The notes under the pieces are model-generated. The model did no database searches and was not told where the DNA came from. It saw nothing but the letters and a program-made list of their open reading frames with translations. 1,783 nt of DNA from IMG/VR virus record IMGVR_UViG_2537561709_000015; one strand, given 5' to 3'. Each line of letters begins with the position of its first letter. Position 1 is the first letter of the stretch. Shown piece by piece: positions 1 through 1,783 of this stretch. The position numbers and the translations under genes were made by a program. The stretch is from a virus (taxonomy: Duplodnaviria > Heunggongvirae > Uroviricota > Caudoviricetes).

Positions 1-261
1 CAGTACGTGGAAAACGGCGTCAAAAAGAACTTCCTGCCGGACAACACGCTGGTCCTGGGTAACACCAACAATAAAGGGCTGGTGGCCTATGGTGCGATAA
101 TGGATCAGGAAGCGGTAAGAACGGGCGCAACACAAAACATGTTTTACCCGAAAAACTGGATTGAGGACGGCGATCCGGCGATTGAGTACGTGCAGACACA
201 CAGTGCACCGCAGCCGGTACCGGCAGATATTCGCAAATTTGTTACCGTCAAAATTGGTTAA
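1..261 (+). CDS. E: Major capsid protein, C-terminal part (lambda gpE-like); 5'-truncated by the window edge, stop TAA at 259..261
   Basis: Frame +1 from position 1 translates QYVENGVKKNFLPDNTLVLGNT...YPKNWIEDGDPA...SAP..., which matches my recollection of the lambda gpE C-terminus (YVENGVKKNFLPDNTMVLGNT...YPKNWVTTGDPA...SAPLM...). The ORF track starts at an internal GTG at 7, but the homology extends to position 1, so the gene continues upstream of the window. Confidence 0.85.
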   Translation, partial: QYVENGVKKNFLPDNTLVLGNTNNKGLVAYGAIMDQEAVRTGATQNMFYPKNWIEDGDPAIEYVQTHSAPQPVPADIRKFVTVKIG

Positions 262-273
262 CGGGGGGATTCT

Positions 274-609
274 ATGGACACTCCATACATTGAGTTATTT
301 GCAGGCAGTCAGCAGGTATCCACGACGTTGGTACATTTTGCCGCTGATGCTGGCGTTATTCAGGAATTTACCCCGCTGATGCTGGCAGACAATGGCGAGT
401 TTAAGCCGTGGGATGGTCAGGAATCTGGCAAGGCTGTTTATCTGACCTCGTACCCTGTGGACACGTCAAAGCAGAAATCAGCACAGTGTTACAAGACGGG
501 GATATTCAATATTGCCGCCGTTAACTGGCCTGAGAGCGTCGACACCGATGCGAAAAAATGCGCCGCCTTTGCGGGTTCCGGCGTATCCGTTCAGCCGCTG
601 GCCCGATAA
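274..609 (+). CDS. D: Head decoration protein (lambda gpD-like), 111 aa
   Basis: Translation contains TPLMLADNGEFKPWDG...CYKTGIFNIAAVNWPESVDTDAKKCAAFAGSGVSV, resembling recalled lambda gpD (TPLMLDTSSRKLVAWDG...[36 protein letters not shown]). Length is close to gpD at about 110 aa. A GGGGGA Shine-Dalgarno sits at 264..269, and the gene starts 12 nt after the upstream stop. Confidence 0.8.
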   Translation: MDTPYIELFAGSQQVSTTLVHFAADAGVIQEFTPLMLADNGEFKPWDGQESGKAVYLTSYPVDTSKQKSAQCYKTGIFNIAAVNWPESVDTDAKKCAAFAGSGVSVQPLAR

Positions 610-621
610 GCAGGGGGAACG

Positions 622-1035
622 ATGGCAACGAATGAAAGCATCATGACGCTACCGCTGGCGAGTAAATTTAAAGTCGAAGCGCGGGCAATGGCTGACAGAG
701 GTTTATCAACCTATGAGGCCGTATATCAACTAAACAAACTGGAAGAGCAGGACAAGCCGTGCGCTGATGCGATTATGGCGCTTCATGAGCATAAAGACTA
801 TCAGCCGCTGTTGCGTGCAATGGCAAACGTGCCTTGTATCGATGTTGGTACGGCTAAAAGCATCCTTAGCATGACCATAGAGCAGGAACGTCCGAAGGTT
901 GCGCCGGAACTTACCGCAGCCTTTGAAAACTTTATGGACATGCACAGCCCGCAAGCCGTATCAGCTGGCATGGCATACGATGGCAGAAACCAGGGCGATG
1001 ACGGCGACATCGATCGCATACTGAAAACCATCTGA
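622..1035 (+). CDS. Hypothetical protein, 137 aa, function unknown; operonic with the capsid and decoration genes
   Basis: Intact ORF starting 12 nt after the gpD-like stop, with the same GGGGGA-type Shine-Dalgarno (613..618) as the preceding gene, and followed by a hairpin plus T-run terminator. I recognise no family. It has an acidic C-terminal segment (DGRNQGDDGDID). Confidence 0.6.
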   Translation: MATNESIMTLPLASKFKVEARAMADRGLSTYEAVYQLNKLEEQDKPCADAIMALHEHKDYQPLLRAMANVPCIDVGTAKSILSMTIEQERPKVAPELTAAFENFMDMHSPQAVSAGMAYDGRNQGDDGDIDRILKTI

Positions 1036-1040
1036 GACAA

Positions 1041-1063
1041 GGCCGGAGAAATCCGGCTTTTTT
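1041..1063 (+). terminator. Putative rho-independent terminator
   Basis: Perfect 6-bp stem GCCGGA (1042..1047) / TCCGGC (1052..1057) with a GAAA loop, followed by TTTTTT (1058..1063), starting 6 nt after the stop of the 622..1035 ORF. Confidence 0.55.
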
Positions 1064-1129
1064 ACGGGTCCTTCCTGGAATTATGGCCCGTTACGGGGCG
1101 GCGACCTCGCGGATTTTCGCTATTTATGA
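1064..1129. other. cos site core: lambda-like cosQ-side flank, cosN and the conserved right flank
   Basis: acgggtccttcctggaattatggcccgttacg-GGGCGGCGACCT-cgcggattttcgctatttatga aligns with the recalled lambda cos junction ACGGGTCCTTTCCGGTGATCCGACAGGTTACG-GGGCGGCGACCT-CGCGGGTTTTCGCTATTTATGA. By my count the left flank matches at about 22 of 32 positions, the 12-nt core at 12 of 12 and the right flank at 21 of 22. Confidence 0.8.
1096..1107. other. cosN 12-nt cohesive-end sequence GGGCGGCGACCT
   Basis: Exact match to the lambda 12-nt 5' cohesive end as I recall it, in the expected position upstream of a Nu1-like terminase gene. Confidence 0.8.
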
Positions 1130-1139
1130 GCCTTTTCAG

Positions 1140-1154
1140 GGTGGTGGTGGTGGT
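1140..1154. repeat. (GGT)5 trinucleotide tract, continuing into a G/T-rich run to about 1165
   Basis: Sequence ggtggtggtggtggt followed by tttgttgtttg, read directly from the window. Confidence 0.9.
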
Positions 1155-1201
1155 TTTGTTGTTTGATCTATCTTTATGAATGAAAAGGGAAAGATGCAAG
1201 C

Positions 1202-1239
1202 AATACACCAACCTGAAGCAGTAATTAAGTTGGTGTATT
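1202..1239. repeat. Perfect 11-bp inverted repeat AATACACCAAC (1202..1212) / GTTGGTGTATT (1229..1239) with a 16-nt spacer
   Basis: The two arms are exact reverse complements. The right arm ends 1 nt before the ATG at 1241. Confidence 0.9.
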
Positions 1240-1240
1240 A

Positions 1241-1783
1241 ATGAAATCTCATCTGATGAACAAAAAAAACATGGCGAAAAGCTGCCGTGTAAGTGCGACA
1301 GCGTTCGACAAGTGGGGAGTAACTCCCGTTGAGCGTAAAGGCCGTGAGGCGTTTTATGATGTTGCCAGCGTGATAGAAAATAGGGTTAACAATGCAATTA
1401 GCCAGCTTATAAACGACAAAGGCGAGATTGACGATGATGAACTTTTACGAGTCAGGATCAGATTACTGACAGCACAGGCAGAGGCGCAGGAACTTAAAAA
1501 CGATCGCGATCGCGGTGACGTGATTGATACTGAGTTTTGCCTGTACGCGCTTTCAAAGCTGGCGAGTCAGATTTCATCAATCATGGACAGCCTCCCGCTT
1601 ACTATGCAAAGGAGCTTCCCACAGATTACCCCCGCCATGCTGGACAGGCTTAAAAGGGAAGTGGTTAAAGCCTGTAATGCCAGTGCCAGAGTTGCCGACA
1701 ACCTCCCACAGATACTGGCTGATTACTTGAAAGAAACAACCGGAAACGTACCGGAAAAGTTGCTACAGAAGAAAGGCGAGTAA
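1241..1783 (+). CDS. nu1: Terminase small subunit (lambda Nu1-like), 180 aa; the true start may be the in-frame ATG at 1256
   Basis: Translation contains LTAQAEAQELKNDRDRGDVIDTEFCLYALSKLASQISSIMDSLPLTMQRSFP...LKREVVKACN, resembling recalled lambda Nu1 (LTRAQADAQELKNARDSAEVVETAFCTFVLSRIAGEIASILDGLPLSVQRRFP...LKRDIIKAMN). Lambda Nu1 is 181 aa, and the gene sits directly downstream of a lambda-type cos. Stop TAA at 1781..1783. Confidence 0.88.
   Translation: MKSHLMNKKNMAKSCRVSATAFDKWGVTPVERKGREAFYDVASVIENRVNNAISQLINDKGEIDDDELLRVRIRLLTAQAEAQELKNDRDRGDVIDTEFCLYALSKLASQISSIMDSLPLTMQRSFPQITPAMLDRLKREVVKACNASARVADNLPQILADYLKETTGNVPEKLLQKKGE

Larger units (their letters stand above)
1108..1240. promoter_or_regulatory. 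Putative cosB-like terminase small-subunit binding region, divergent from lambda
   Basis: Lies between cosN and the Nu1-like start, where lambda has cosB (R3, I1, R2, R1). Only the first ~22 nt resemble lambda; the rest is unrelated and contains a (GGT)5 tract, an AT-rich segment and an 11-bp inverted repeat. Confidence 0.45.

Noticed and set aside
20-208. Minus-strand ORF of 62 aa
   Set aside because: Lies entirely inside the gpE-like + strand gene, whose homology is strong, and the product is a low-complexity P/S/C-rich peptide. Likely a frame artefact.
161-379. + strand ORF of 72 aa in an alternative frame
   Set aside because: Overlaps the end of the gpE-like gene and the start of the gpD-like gene out of frame. 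The R/L-rich translation looks like a frame artefact.
730-954. Minus-strand ORF of 74 aa
   Set aside because: Antisense to the 622..1035 ORF, which has proper operon context and a Shine-Dalgarno. No independent support.
622-1035. Assigning the 137-aa ORF as a gpFI-like packaging chaperone
   Set aside because: Only position and size suggest it. I see no sequence similarity to lambda gpFI, so it stays a hypothetical protein.
801-1040. Minus-strand ORF of 79 aa
   Set aside because: Antisense overlap of the 622..1035 ORF, with no ribosome-binding site or recognisable product.
1150-1180. Possible IHF site (WATCAANNNNTTR) on the reverse strand around GATCAAACAACAA
   Set aside because: The position before ATCAA is G, not A or T, so the consensus is not met. 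AT-richness alone is not enough.
1156-1181. Possible sigma70 promoter (TTGTTG or TTGATC with TATGAA) in the AT-rich part of the intergenic region
   Set aside because: Poor hexamer matches and wrong spacing (about 6 or 13 bp). Late genes in lambdoid phages are normally transcribed through cos from an upstream late promoter.
1524-1730. + strand ORF of 68 aa in an alternative frame
   Set aside because: Embedded out of frame in the conserved C-terminal half of the Nu1-like gene.

Overview
This window reads as the packaging/head region of a lambda-like (lambdoid) enterobacterial phage or phage-derived element, with all supported genes on the + strand. In order: the 3' end of a major capsid protein gene (lambda gpE-like, 1..261), a head decoration protein gene (gpD-like, 274..609), an unrecognised 137-aa ORF (622..1035), an intrinsic terminator, a cohesive-end site whose 12-nt cosN core GGGCGGCGACCT (1096..1107) matches lambda as I recall it, a divergent cosB-like region with a (GGT)5 tract and an 11-bp inverted repeat, and a complete Nu1-like terminase small subunit gene (1241..1783). 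The most notable point is the synteny: capsid and decoration genes lie immediately upstream of cos and the terminase gene, and in E-then-D order, whereas lambda has cos-Nu1-A-W-B-C-Nu3-D-E. This suggests a rearranged or compact cos-packaged element, possibly satellite-like, but that is inference from one window. All homology calls rest on recalled lambda sequences and were not checked by alignment or database search.
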